A stretch of 64,000 nt of DNA from NCBI GenBank assembly GCA_964035545.1, contig OZ037772.1:248001-312000 (forward strand), given 5' to 3'. This DNA is from Bugula neritina (Eukaryota; Animalia; Bryozoa). Of this stretch, positions 1-13,769 are shown one piece after another. The notes under the pieces are model-generated. The model had not been told where the DNA came from and ran no database searches. It saw only the letters and a list, made by a program, of their open reading frames with translations. The stretch's first letter is position 1; every line of letters starts with the position of its first letter. Made by a program: the position numbers and the translations under genes.

Positions 1-253
1 AGCTTCCGTCAGTTTATAATCACTATCCCTGTGAGAACCCCTGATTGAAAGGTGCGTAAAGCGGGCTGAGGACTATTTTGTAATGTGCCACACGAGCAGT
101 TATGACTGGGTGCTCTTCCCAACATCTTTGCTGGTGTTTTGACTCAACCTACTGCCCTCATGTTTCTTCAGTCAGCACTCTAGCTACTACACCATGCCTG
201 ATTCCTGGAAACTCTGAATATGACTTAAATTTTGATTTCTACTATCGTCGCAG

Positions 254-3200
254 GTGCCATCGGTTTGGACGGACCTCGGGGTAAACAGGGAGAGCGCGGA
301 CCACCCGGAGTTAGAGGAGAAATGGGCTTAGAAGGCAGAGTGGGACCTGAAGGCAAGCAGGTAATGACTTCTGGTGACCCCTGGTCATGACCTCTGTAAC
401 TTTTGGCCATAGACCTCTACGTGTAGTTTAACAATTCAGTGTAACTCCACTTGCAGTGTCCTACACTGGGAAGTACATTTTCAAGAAGAGCGTAGAAGAT
501 TTGTTCACAATATATAATTATATCTATATTTTTTTTTATATATCTATATAGATATATGAATATATCTATATAGATACATGATAATATATATATATATATT
601 TTGTAATTATTTTTCTATTTCCTCATTTCCTATTGCTCAACGTGAAGTTGTGTGCCCTCTTTATTCCATGTTAAAAGACTTCATAAAATCGCCACATGAA
701 ATATTTGAGTTGAAGTTTGATTTTCACAGGGAGAACGTGGACCAGATGGAGACCAAGGTCCTGTTGGCCCACCTGGACCCACTGGACCAAACGGTGCTCC
801 TGGTAAAATGGGATATCAGGGTAAACAAGGAGAGCAAGGTCCTGCAGGTAAGAACGAGGAGTTACTCACTCTTGTTTGTGTATTTTGTTCCTTTTAGGTA
901 TGCTATAATATTCTGGGGTTTCCCTCACATCTATGATATTTTCTGGGGTTTTCCTCACAGCTAGTCTGCACTAAGGCAGGGAGTAGGCTGAGTAATCATA
1001 TTGAATCCCAGCAGTGCTTGTTACTTCAACTGACAGGATTACTATGTATGATAGTTGCTCTGACTGGTTTTCATGGATCATTTTTACCATGCTGTTTGCC
1101 ACATGATGCATTGTCTAAGTAAAAACAAGGAAACAAAGAAATATACCAGGAGTGTTGAGAAATTTGTGTTCTGAAATTATTAAATGACCACTTGTAATGC
1201 ATACTGGTGTTGCTTGGTTCATAGGACCTGTCGGACAAGCTGGAGAACCCGGTCTGGATGGCAGAAATGGAAAGACAGGAGAAACTGGACCAGCTGGTAT
1301 GCCTGGTCCAACTGGCTCAAGGGGAGTCACAGGAGAACCCGGATCTGATGGAAGGTATTTGTTGTGTTTCACTTCGACCTATTCAGCTTCTTGGAACTTT
1401 TTATCTGATTTGGGTTTTATAATTTGTTATCAATTTTATTAGAGACGGTTTACCTGGAGTACCGGGTGCTGATGGTAGACCTGGGGAGCAGGGTGATCAA
1501 GGACCTCCTGGCCCCATGGGTCCAGTGGGAATCCCCGGTAACCAGGGACCTGAAGGTGCTCAAGGAGACAAGGGTGATAAGGCAGGAACATTCTTTATTC
1601 AGTTTTCTATTTATTTCAGTTCTCTGGTTTTCCACTAGTCAATCCTGTAGTTGTTTATTTGTTTTAGTTAATTTATGTTAATACTAGAGTTGCTTCAGTG
1701 ACCTCACATCATGTAATATATTACATAACAGTGCAGTATAATACACCATAATATAATATGTTACACAATACAATAATATTGCAGAAAATATTATTCAATA
1801 ATATCTCACAGCTAAGGTGTGTCTCCTAAATATATTCATTACTATAGGGACCAGCTGGGCCACAGGGTGCTTCTGGACCAACTGGATTGTCTGGACCAGC
1901 GGGTCCACGTGGGCCAACTGGTCCTCAGGGACCCCAGGGAGCTAAGGGAATTCCTGGCGAACAAGGACCTAAAGGTATGAATTAAGTTGAACCAATCTTT
2001 ACCCTTAGTTATTGGCCATGAAAAGAATCATTGCTCTAAGAGTTATCCTACTTGGTAAGAAGATAAGGCAACTCCCAACTTATAATAATTTGAATGTCGC
2101 CTGCTGTTTTAGGACCCACTGGTTTCCAGGGACCTCAGGGATTCCCCGGAGCTCCCGGTATTGATGGTGAAAGGGGAGATGTTGGACCAGTGGGTATTGC
2201 TGGACCACCCGGGCTACGGGGTGCTGACGGCAAACAAGGAATTACTGGTTCTCCTGGTGCTATGGGTGCTATGGGACCACCTGGACCTGATGGTGCTAAG
2301 GTAAACACTTACACTGCTAACAGGTTATTGTTATTCATCTTGTTAGTTTAGTGGTAATAAACCAATAGTCTGTATTTCTAGGGTGAACAAGGGAGAGATG
2401 GGGAAATGGGTAGTCCCGGCAGACCTGGACCTCCTGGACCACCTGGTGAAGCTCCAGTATTTGGTTAGTTATCAGCAAAACCAAGTTATTGTCCATTACT
2501 TGTATCTTTTTCATTTCCTTTCAAGTGTTTATTGGTAATCTTTTGGGAATTTCATCCATAGCCTGTGATTGAAGCTTTATTTCATTCTACCATGGGTTAT
2601 GTTAGGTGCGCCCCCTATGATGATGAGTGCAATGATGTCCAACGGTAAAGGTGTACAAGCAGATGATGCAGGCGCCAACAATGAGCTCTATAATATGTAC
2701 CTCAGTGAGTAATGGCCATGACGTGCTTTGATGTTGCCTGCTTTGTAGCGAAAAAGCTCTTTTAAATAGTGTTTTGGAACTCAAATGAAAGACTCGTTTC
2801 AAATTGTGTGTATGTTTTTGCAGACAAACAATTTTGTAATTAACTGTTAGAAACTATTGTAATAAAAATATAGACAGCTGTTATAATGTGTTTCTCCTCC
2901 TAGCATTGATGATTGACATTCTTGTTTGATGAGTCACGTATTTAGTTCGTTTCTTCAGTTAAATGTTTCTACATTCTGACATATTATATAATGTTGATTT
3001 TATTGCTGTTAGCTTACATAACTACTTCCACCTTATTTCTCTAGAAACAAAAGTAAGAGACGGGTCCAAAGACAGCCCTGTTAGAGACTGTAGAGAACTC
3101 TTCACTGAAAACCCAGAGTTCAAGAGTGGAACTTATTGGGTGAGAGAAGATGCTGATATGTTTCTATTTTCTCTGCTCAGAGGAAATCTGCATCCAAGTC

Positions 3201-4690
3201 TAATGACTGAAATTTTGTGAACATGTTTTATATTCTGCAATTACTACTCCTGAGATGTCAATATAATGCCATGCAAAGTTTTTACAGATATTTAATGAAT
3301 TGTTGTTTAGGAAGAAGAGTTTCCCATAAAATGCCTGTATTATATAATTCTGTATATTCAACAGCTGAACATGTTTTAGTAGTTTTATTTGATTTTAGCA
3401 TTGTGTTGGTGTGAAATAGAGAAGTTGTATTCTCTATTGTTTGTTGTCAGGTGGATCCAGATGGTGGCTCTATAGCCAATGCTATCCAGGCTTACTGTCG
3501 CAAGGAAATGAAGAGCACTTGCATCAATGCCAAGACCTCCGAGTTTGCCACCAAATCGTACGTCACCCAGCAGCTAGATAATCAGCCATTTGTTGCTAAA
3601 CACATGGGAACAACAATTGTGAGTGTTTATCTTGCATCAACGATGACTTTCTCAGTAATACTTGAGAATATTCAAAAGTTTTATGTTGAGAATTGTCGCT
3701 ATAGTAACATATTTGTTTACTGTATGGATGTTGATAAGTGTTGCTATAGTAACATCTTGGTTTCCTGTATGGATGTTGATAAGTGTTGCTATAGTAACAT
3801 GTTGGTTTCCTGTATGGATGTTGATAGGTGTAGCTATAGTAACATGTTGGTTTCCTGTATGGATTGTAGTTTGAGTATCAGGCAGAGTCTTCTCAACTCA
3901 ACTTCCTTCGAATTCACTCTGAGAGAGCAAAGCAAACCCTGACTTACAGGTAATAGTCACTGCTAGCAGCTTACCAAATAGTCACTAGTCAGTATTCACT
4001 AGTCACCAGTTGCTAGTCACCAGTTGCTAGTCGCCAATCACCAGATACTAGTCCTCTACTATGTTGCAAGTCACTTGATAATCTGAACAATCACAGGCCT
4101 TTTTAAGCTGAGCGAGTTGTTGGCATGACTATTCCTTTTGCTGATTGTAGGTGTATAAACTCAGTGGCAGTAGAAGACGCATTCGGTAGGAAGAATAAGT
4201 CAGTCATTTTATATACAGCTGGTGATAAAGAATACACAGCGACAGATAGCAGGTTTCAATATTCAGTGCTGCAGGATGATTGCAAGGTATGTAAATCTGA
4301 CCTGTATAGTGTAATTTTGACCTATATAGTGTAAACCTGATCTATATTGTGTAAATCTGACTTATATAGTGTAAATATGACCTGCATATGCACATGATTG
4401 CGATAGTTGCATCTTTTGTTTTATTAATTTACTGCGGAGCTTGCCTTTGAGGCTTGTAATAAATGTTTACGAGTTCAACCCAAAAGCCACTTTGAGTGAT
4501 GAACAAGTTTAGAGTTTTGAGTTTGCCCTCTGCCATTTTGTAGTATTCCAAATCATCAGAAGCTCAGACAGTGATTGAGATTGACACCAAGACCGCCACC
4601 CACTTGCCTATTATTGACATTGCTCCTGGTGACATCGGGACCACCCACAAAGAGTTTGGGGTTCAGCTTGGAGAAGTCTGCTTTTCATAG
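254..4690 (+). CDS. Fibrillar collagen alpha chain, 3' part (gene begins upstream of the window); exons 254-360, 730-847, 1225-1354, 1443-1581, 1848-1974, 2113-2300, 2382-2463, 2606-2704, 3045-3139, 3451-3618, 3870-3949, 4151-4286, 4544-4690
   Basis: Exons with AG/GT(GC) boundaries join in consistent phase into uninterrupted Gly-X-Y ending GPPGPPG. This is followed by a telopeptide with KG and a BMP1-type site (QA|DDA), then a COLFI domain ([14 protein letters not shown]...GTYWVDPDGG...QLNFLR...TYRC...[12 protein letters not shown]...[11 protein letters not shown]). A short micro-exon between 2705 and 3044 cannot be excluded. Confidence 0.95.
3698..3864 (+). repeat. 45-bp intronic minisatellite (about 3.7 copies), ending at the acceptor of collagen exon 3870
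   Basis: Unit gctatagtaacatgttggtttcctgtatggatgttgataagtgtt repeated. Confidence 0.9.
4290..4383 (+). repeat. 20-bp intronic minisatellite (also present in the collagen pseudogene at 45831-45942)
   Basis: Unit tgtaaatctgacctatatag, about 5 copies. Confidence 0.85.
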
Positions 4691-7600
4691 ACTCATATCT
4701 AACAACAGTGTTATTTGGCTGATTTTTTAAAACTGTCCCTGATTAGAGAATTAGTGGCCAATCAGAGAATGCAATCAATGTTGGTTGGCTGAGACCAGCA
4801 GTCTGATTCTTATATAACCTAATTTTTAAATGAAATATTTGATTACTCTAAATAAATTTATTCGAGACTTCCAAGGCAGTGATGGTGATTTTTGTACATA
4901 TAAATTTGAAGGAGTTTAGCTATAGGGTTTATGCTGTTTTTTTAATTATTCCACCATAACCTGAGATTGTGAGTAGTAATTCTAGAATAAGGTAGGGAGG
5001 GTGTTATGCCCCTCCCTATGACTTTATATATTTAGAAGCTGTTGTTAATTTAGTAATTCTGTTGGTGCTACATTTTTAAATTCATTTAATCCAACCATTT
5101 CTCTATTACAAAATATATTTTACCATAAGGTGCTACACAATTTATTTCTCAGCTTGTAGATTTCATCATCAAAATTATTGAAGTAATAAAATTGGTCCAG
5201 AATTTGAAAGAAGCTGCAGTTTTCAGATCTGATTATTTAACCTATTTATCCTGAAATTAAACATTGTTAGTTTAAAATGGAATTTAACATATATTTTAGT
5301 CACTTAGTTCCAACTGTGTCTACCATATGAACATTTTAAATTTTATTTTGGCTGCTATGAAGTACATAAGTAAATGGCATTAAATTTCAGCGGTCCCATC
5401 ATCTTGTAAAAGTTAATTGTAAATAAAAGTAAATTTCATGTGTTTTTGAGAATCTGCAGGTTTGTATGTTTGAACAGATGAAACATAATGTTCCTTAATG
5501 TCAAGATTCTGCTTATACCACAATACCATAAACATTGTGACTCTGTCAGTAGCCAAAAGCAGTGATGAAAAAAGTTGTTTACTAACACAACTAGTAAATT
5601 TTATAAATATCAGACACGATTTAGAGAAGAGTTGATGCTGCCCTGCTGCTGCGGGACGGCGGAAGATCTTTGAAAACATAGATTGGGACTTTAGTAGAGT
5701 CAGACTTGGGCTCGCATTTGAAAGACTTGTTTGTTACTGAAAGCAGAAACAATAAATATCAAAATTGTCTAATTTTCAGGTTTCTGGGAAATTTCTTTAG
5801 ATGTATTTCTGAAACTAACAATGTTTTACTAACCTTCATGTCAGGAGTTCTCTTCATCATTGTTGTACAGACTTTGAATACTGTCACGTATCAACTGGAA
5901 ACACACATTACAATCATTAACTCAAGCACAATCAACATAGAAGTTTAGCAATTACCAGTGAGCGTTGAAAGAATTTCAACAGATTGAAAACTTTTCCAAA
6001 TAAATTATAAGTCTACAAACTGTTTTTGATCTAGCAATGAGCCATTTTAATTCGATACATAGTGGTGATCGCTTAGCTGGGATCTTGGTTGGGGGGTGGG
6101 GTCTATTCCTGCCATTGTTTCTGCCCATCTCAGTGTCTCTGCTACACACTCCTATGTAACAGATGTATGAGTTATATCCATTATACTGTATGCCTTCAGC
6201 ACATATATGTCATACATCCATATTGCACCTTATCACATTGGTAACTGGTATAAAATGTATCACCTTATATGCGTCAAATTGTGTGACTATCAGCTTCTTC
6301 TGAAAAGTCAAACTTTGCACTTTGGCTTCAGCCTTCGTCATTCGAGAATATAACTGAGAAACAACATCCTGCCAATAGGAAGACAGATAGCAGCGTAAAT
6401 TTCTCAAATTTTGGTTTTCCTGATGTCAAACACAGAAAGGTTTAACTCGTGAAAACACAGCACTAATTAAACAGGGAGAACTATTATATTAATTCAAGGG
6501 AACCTTTAGGTTACAACTGGTTAGCAAAATGGGTATCTCGAGGATCTTGTATTGGTGAACTTCAGCCTATAAATGGCTCGTTTTACTCTTTTGCTCACAA
6601 AGTTTATCAACAAGATAGAAAAGCTTAACATATTCACTAGAATAAGATTGTATCTGCTAAATACTATGTCCAGCTATTATAGATTATAGATTGTATCTAC
6701 AATCACATGGCACACTCACAGTAAACTTGTTAGCTTATTACTAAGCAGTGAACTTCAAACTATTAGGCAGAGTGTTAACAAAGGAAGCCACTTCCAACAA
6801 CTGCATGTCTGTTGAGAATAGCTCACTGCGGCCAGCTAAAGACTATGTCCAGCTATTATACACACTTTAGTCACAAATAATTAATTATATTTCAACTGCA
6901 AAATGCAAGGATTCGGTAACATACATTAGCCCTGGCAATATGTTTTCTCATCTTGATAATATCCCATTGTTGAAAGGCTATCATTCGCTCCTTCTTAGCG
7001 ACAAGTGCATTAGCAGCTTCCAGTTCAATTTTCAGTTTGTCATTGATGCTCTCTGCATCTGCCATGGAGTCACTAATCTGCTACATAGACACCTGCTGCT
7101 TGGCTAATTCTTTCTTAACTGTGAACTGCCTCACAGTTGAGGCTTTTCAACTTGTGCAAAGAGGGCCACGTTAAATGATACTGCTATAAAGACAAACTAT
7201 GCACCAACCACAGAAAGAAGTGGGTTATAAGTTAACATTTCTAAAGCACTCAAGTAAAAGCGTCTACACCTGGATTACTTTAAGAAACAAAATGACTGAC
7301 TGATTTATACCTTTACAATTTCCTCATACTCTTTGAGTCTCCTCTCATACTCTGACTGTAATTGAACATTTTCTGATGCAATTTGGCTGTTTAAAGTGAT
7401 TAACTCTAAAACAACACATGCTTTCTCAGACAACTAAAGGCAATAGGCTTCTATCCGAATTACACTGTGAGATTAGGATAAATTAAGTGAGCATTTCAAC
7501 ACCACAATAAGCAGTATTAGAACTATCCACTTTCATGCAAATAGTTTCATTGAATCCATTGCTGCATGAATGTAATGGAAAACAGAAAGATATGGAAATT

Positions 7601-7828
7601 AAAAAGGAGACATAGGCTATACATTTGATAGGTTTAGTGAAACCAACACAGAACCCACACTTTAAGTCACTATTTTTATTATTAGAACAGAATAAGGAAC
7701 ATCAGTAAGTAAATATAAAAAGTATCCGTTCTCAAGTCCAAACCGCCATCTGCCATCTTGGAGTCAAAACTTTTCCTTTTCTCGTGTGGGGTAGTTGTGC
7801 CTGCATCTCCACAGGAAAAAGCAGTATT

Positions 7829-8016
7829 AACATTACTGGCTCCACCCACATTACTGGCTCCACCCACATTACTGGCTCCACCCACATTACCGGCTCCACC
7901 CACATTACCGGCTCCACCCACATTACTGGCTCCACCCACATTACTGGCTCCACCCACATTACTGGCTCCACCCACCTTACTGGGTTCACCCACATTACTG
8001 GCTCCACCTACATTGC
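7829..8016 (-). repeat. 18-bp tandem repeat encoding (GGASNV)n inside a probable exon
   Basis: Unit acattactggctccaccc about 10 times; the minus-strand reading follows acceptor tgtttcag at 8023-8030. Confidence 0.9.
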
Positions 8017-9089
8017 TATCACCTGAAACAATAATTTATAATATATAACACAAAAACAATTTTATTAAAAACGTATTGATGTTATTGATGTTGAGTTCTA
8101 GTCTGTACTTTTCCTTTAGCTGTTCATCACATCTCAACAGTACAATAGATCAATAATTTAAAAATTAGAATTTAATTTAATAAATAATTTTAAACGCTAT
8201 ATATCACTGAATGATACATAGCTTGAAAATGAAACTACAACACAATAATTTTTAGCTGTATGTCAAAGTTCTATGAAATAAGTTATATATAAGCAGCAGA
8301 ATTAGGCAATCTAAACCTGAGTCTCTGTATAACTTGGTTTTCTCTTCACTTTATTGTAATGGTACAAAAATAGGACGAATATTGTAAATTGATCTCAAAA
8401 AGTTGTTAGTGTTCATTTAAAACAATAACTTTAGCCAAAAACCCTGTCAAGAAAAAAGCTTTTTCTAGTAGGTGCAGCAGTACACAAGTTTTATCAGTAC
8501 CAAGTTGCGCGTACACCTCTACTGAAAAAACATTTTTCTTTAGGTAATTTGAAAACCCAACTTAGGCTATGTGGAGACAACTCTTGTTTATTTGAATTTA
8601 TGACATGGTTACTTGAGAAAGACATTCTTTCAACTTTTTAAGAGTACTTTGATAAAATTTATCTAAATTACACAAAAATTTTGCTGATTTTTATATAATA
8701 GTAAAACAACAACTTGACTAGTACTTCCTATCAGCTACAAGAGTTTGGACTTCATCAGCCATGTTGATGGTAGACTTGTGTTCTTGTAATACAGAAGGCA
8801 GTATATCAGCTCAACTAACCAATGACTTGCAGCACAGAGCAGGCTAAGACTGTAGGTGTTGTCACAGCTTTTAGTGAAATGTTCTTGATGAAAGCTTTTG
8901 GCAATAGCTTTCTGGCTGTTAACTTTTTGTTGAGTTGTCATCCTGCATCTGTGCATCTACACCATTCAGCATTCTCACTCACATTAACAATTATTTTGCA
9001 CCTTTTAATTAAAGGAAAAGGCATAGAGAAGTAAGTAGTACAGCCAACTAAGTCTGCCTCAATTCTGTCTTTACTAAAACCTGATTGCA

Positions 9090-9297
9090 TACAGTGTAAG
9101 TATACTGTGTAGGTATATATAGTGTAAGTATACTGCGTAGGTATATAGTGTAAGTATACTGTGTAGGTACACAGTGTAAGTATACTGTGTAGGTATATAG
9201 TGTAAGTGTACTGTGTAGGTACACAGTGTAAGTATGTAGTGTAGGTATGTAGTGTAAGTATACTGTGTATGTAAACAGTGTAAGTATGTAGTATGTA
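9090..9297. repeat. About 26-bp minisatellite
   Basis: Unit agtgtaagtatactgtgtaggtatat repeated about 8 times. Confidence 0.85.
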
Positions 9298-10125
9298 GTA
9301 TGATACTGCTATTCTAGTAAACTGAATGGTGAAAACGTGACTAGGGAAAGAGACAGCACGTCACAAGACCGCTGTATACAGAAGTCCTTGCCGAAGTGAC
9401 TCCCCTCTCAACTACCGCATAGCATATAAACCCACAAATTACTCTACACCACCATCTTCTGTCCTACAATCTCAGTTTAACCAACCAATGGTAAGTCATA
9501 ACCAACTTCTGCCGGTCACTCATTCAACATGGTGCATTCTGATTGCATCAATTATACATCTGTTGAATACTACTGCATGCTGTAGAACGTCCCAACATGC
9601 AAGGAGCGGATGGTGGCGAAGTGTTTCTGATTGACGATTCAGATGAAGATATGTCCCTGGACCCTTCTGGCCCGTCTGGAGAATACTCAAAGAGCTGTCC
9701 AATCATGACGAGAGGTTAGTCTTTCATCAAATAGTTGCTTTCGCCTATCGCTTGTTAAATAAATAAACGCTGCTAACATAATGAACAGTTTTAAAATAGT
9801 GCAGACTACTCATTTACTTTGATATAACACATTGAATAAAACACAATAATTCTCATCACAGATTGTAAGCTAATAATTGTGGTTTTCATACAAAATTAAT
9901 TTGTCAGCAACTTCTTCTAGTTTGAAAAAAGCAATAGATTTTACTAAATTTACTACTAAACTGTTGATCTAAATACGGAATGGAAAATTCAACATCCCAT
10001 GGCAAACAAATCATAAAGAAATACAAATATTTTGCAGGAAAAAATTGCATTTATACTTTCAAAGTTTTCAGTCAGAAATTCAATTTGACCGAGCTAAAAT
10101 TTCACCAAGTTACATTGCATCTTAA

Positions 10126-10743
10126 AAGAATAGTAAGTGTGATCACAACTAGACTAGTATGAGTCATCACAACTAAACTATTATGAGTCACCACAACTAG
10201 AATAGTATGAGTCATCACCACTAGAATAGTATGAGTCATCACAACTAGAATAGTATGAGTCATCACAACTAGAATAGTATGAGTCATCACAACTAAACTA
10301 TTATGAGTCATCACAACTAGAATAGTATGAGTCACCACAACTAGAAGAGTATGAGTCATCACAACTAGACTAGTATGAGTCATCACAACTAGAATAGTAT
10401 GAGTCATCACAACTAGAATAGTATGAGTCATCACAACTAGAATAGTATGAGTCATCACAACTAGAATAGTATGAGTCATCACAACTAGAATAGTATGAGT
10501 CATCAGAACTAGAATAGTATGAGTCATCACAACTAGAATAGTATGAGTCATCACAACTAGAATAGTATGAGTCATCAGAACTAGAATAGTATGAGTCACC
10601 ACAACTAGACTAGTATGAGTCATCACAACTAGAATAGTATGAGTCATCACAACTAGAATAGTATGAGTCACCACAACTAGAATAGTATGAGTCACCACAA
10701 CTAGAAGAGTATGAGTCACCACAACTAGACTAGTATGAGTCAT
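10126..10743. repeat. 24-bp intronic minisatellite (about 25 copies)
   Basis: Unit tagtatgagtcatcacaactagaa; it explains the spurious (MTHTILVV)n ORF. Confidence 0.95.
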
Positions 10744-12690
10744 AGACCTACCTGCTTTTTGCTTTTCACCAGCCGGGTGTCTCCCAGCATAGATGAAGTG
10801 GTTGATATTGTCAGGGTAGCTGCGCGGTTTCTCTCTGCATTTCTTGTATGCTTCTTCATCAAACGTCTTACATGGACCAAACTCAAACACTTGGTTTACT
10901 GTAACACAATATACTAGAACATGTTAGTCTATACTATACTAGGGTACACTATACTATACTAAGAACATACTAGAATATACTAAGTAATTGTAAACATTTG
11001 GTTCACTGTAACATAATATAAAAATATATTAGTTGCTGACAGACAGACAGACAGACAGACATTGCATAGTTTGTTAAGTCCTACTAATCAAACTGTAAAT
11101 TTTACCTGAAACAGTGTTAGAAGGTACATAGTATATTAGGTGTTCACCTGTATATAGTACTATATGTATATAGCGTTTTGTATTTTTTTCAAACTGCTAC
11201 AAATGCTCATAAAGAAACAAGCAATACAAGCCGCTAATATACTGCGTATACCAGCTTCATGCTACTTTACCTGAGCATTCTATGCTATTGAATGTTTATT
11301 TTCTGCAATATTTCTAGCTGTTATAGCTTTGAATTTAACATTTCTATGGTGTTTGTGATACAAGTTTCATTTTTTAATAAAGGTGTGCATTCTTTGGCTG
11401 AAATGTAGTTTACTTAGCTAGACTGATCCTAGTGACTTCCAATATTACTATATTTATGATGCTGCTATTGTAGTAAACTGAATGGTGAAGACGTGACTAG
11501 GGAAAGAGACTATTGTATCTTTTGTAGCTGAAACTTCTCAATCTATATATTAGGAGAGCAGGAGAAACGGTGCAGAGCTTCACCACGACACTATCACAAA
11601 GAAATAAGTTACTCAGGAATTACTTCCTTATATTCACAAGAGTCAGATGTTGAGAGCCAGCTATGCCTCAGTTGACAACAAGATGGGAGACGCTAAGGGT
11701 GCCATGAAAAATATGAAGAAACGTACCCTCAACATGTAGACATTGCATCACCAGTCTGAGCTATTGTCAAGGTTAAACTCTGTTTCCTGTTGATGGAATT
11801 CCTTCTTGAATATCAGCTGTACCTTTACCTTGCACCTTGTGAAGATTTTAATTATATTCTCCTTGTATGATTAGGAAAATAGTTTAGATACAAATGTCAC
11901 AATTTACCCTTTATTGTTTACGTGCTTTTGAAAATCCTGTTTGGTAATTTTTTATGTTGCTATGATCAATTGTTCAATAATAATAGATAATGATTACTTC
12001 TTCTGAAATTCCTTTGGGATGTTGCATGTTGCCTATTTTAAAGAAGAAAGTAAAGCATTGTTTATAAATAAACAAAGGAAACAGCTCTGGTCTAGGGTAA
12101 ACACAATGTCAATGATTTGAATCTCTGGTAAACAATAAGACATTTTCATAATGACCAGAGAAAGCTCTATTTAGCTGTTATATCACTAAACAATAGTTCT
12201 ATATACTTCAAGTGGTCAATTTCATGATCAAAGTTTAGCATCAAAAGAAAGCTATTGATAAGTAGTCTATGAGAACGCAAGGAAATAGATTTGATATGAA
12301 GAACACAATCAAAGTGGAAAAACAAAACAAAACGATAATTAGTAGGGAAATAGCAAACAGCCATTTTTATTGGAGAGAAGGCTGAGAAAACTGCATAACT
12401 CTGTTTATAGTTGTCTCCCTAATGTTGAACTGGGGGGAGGGGGGTGTGGGTGTGGCATGTATACTACCTAGCAGCAGTAAAACTATAATATAAACAAGAA
12501 ACATTCTCTGTTATAATTATGCCCATCATTGACATCTTCGGTGCATCTATTGATCCTATTATCAAGTATCAGCGGTTCAATTAGTTTTTTCAACTCTTTA
12601 TAAAAACTTTAGCTCAGCTAACAGACTGGTTTTAGAAATTACACTTTGAAACATTTTTTTTTGTTATTTTGTTCTAAGCATTGTCCTACA

Positions 12691-12710
12691 TGTATGTATA
12701 TATATATATG

Positions 12711-12744
<34 letters not shown>

Positions 12745-12786
12745 TATATGTATATGTATATATATATGTGTATATATATATATATA
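12691..12786. repeat. (TA)n microsatellite
   Basis: Direct read. Confidence 0.95.
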
Positions 12787-13560
12787 CTGTAGAATGATTT
12801 TTTGGACCTTTCAATCAGCATATGAAAAACTGTAGTCAAAAAACAAGTGATCAAAAGATTTATTTTATATAAATAAAAAGTGACAAAAATTTTTAACAAT
12901 TATTGCAAAATAATACTTGCATAGACTTGCGTGCCATAATAATTACAAGTGTAGGCTAAATAACAAAAGAATGTGATATATACCATAACAGTTTATAAAG
13001 TAGAATTTGTGAAAACAATTTATAGAACAGAATAGTATTATAAGTTCAACAACCCTGCAGCACCTTGAAACACAAAGCGTAAAGGTGCAGTCAGTACACA
13101 GAGCTTGTTGATGTAAAGGTGTTATATCAAAGTTTTGCTATACATGAGCTGACAGTCAAGCAGCAACCTACAAATAATTATATATATGTGTGACCAAACA
13201 CTACAATCTATACAATCTATTCAATTGATTACTGATTGATAATAACAATAAAATTATATATATACAAGCGTTATAATTTCATTGAAAAAAATTGGTAAAA
13301 CTGCTGTTCAATAAATATGATTCAACTTTTGATGAATGATTTCGAAAATATTTTTAGAAAGTTTAGATTATTAATTATATTAACATACACAGAATTGCTT
13401 TCAACCTCTTCAAAAAATCACAAGAGAGACAATTGCTAATACACAAAAAGAAAACAGAAATAATGTTGCTGAAACATAAGTTTATACAACTGTGTTTAAA
13501 GTATCTCATATTATCATACTTTATTATGACATAATTTAGTATGATAATATGAGAGGCAAT

Positions 13561-13760
13561 AATGGCACAGGTAATAATATTATGGCACAGGTGATAATGT
13601 CATGGTAAGAAGGGCACACAGTGAAAAAAAGGAAAACATGGCACACTTATGTTCAATTTTTCCTAACACCCATTCTCACCCTTATACCCTAATACTTAAA
13701 ATGTGCCATTCTTACCTATTTTTTCACTTGTGCCATAATAACCTGTATGTGCCATTTTAA
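13561..13760. mobile_element. Degenerate MITE with inverted TGGCACA motif arrays
   Basis: Several tggcaca motifs at the left, tgtgcca at the right, cctaa-rich core. Confidence 0.45.
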
Positions 13761-13769
13761 CCATAGACA

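Larger units (their letters stand above)
5621..10898 (-). pseudogene. Multi-exon coiled-coil protein gene remnant (unidentified); exons approx. 10752-10898, 7725-8022, 7311-7405, 6925-7184, 6264-6419, 5834-5894, 5621-5737
   Basis: Canonical splice sites on the minus strand, heptad-like peptides (ELITLNSQIASENVQLQSEYERRLKEYEEIVK; SINDKLKIELEAANALVAKKERM), and in-frame stops at 7081-7083 and 5841-5843. Confidence 0.6.

Noticed and set aside
10102-10890. 262-aa ORF with (MTHTILVV)n as a membrane or repeat protein
   Set aside because: Only 10752-10898 is exon; the rest is read-through past a GT donor into a 24-bp intronic minisatellite
11553-11772. Plus-strand exon (ESRRNGAELHHD...)
   Set aside because: Two in-frame stops and no recognisable family or partner exons; noted only as the source of the block duplicated at 20331-20452
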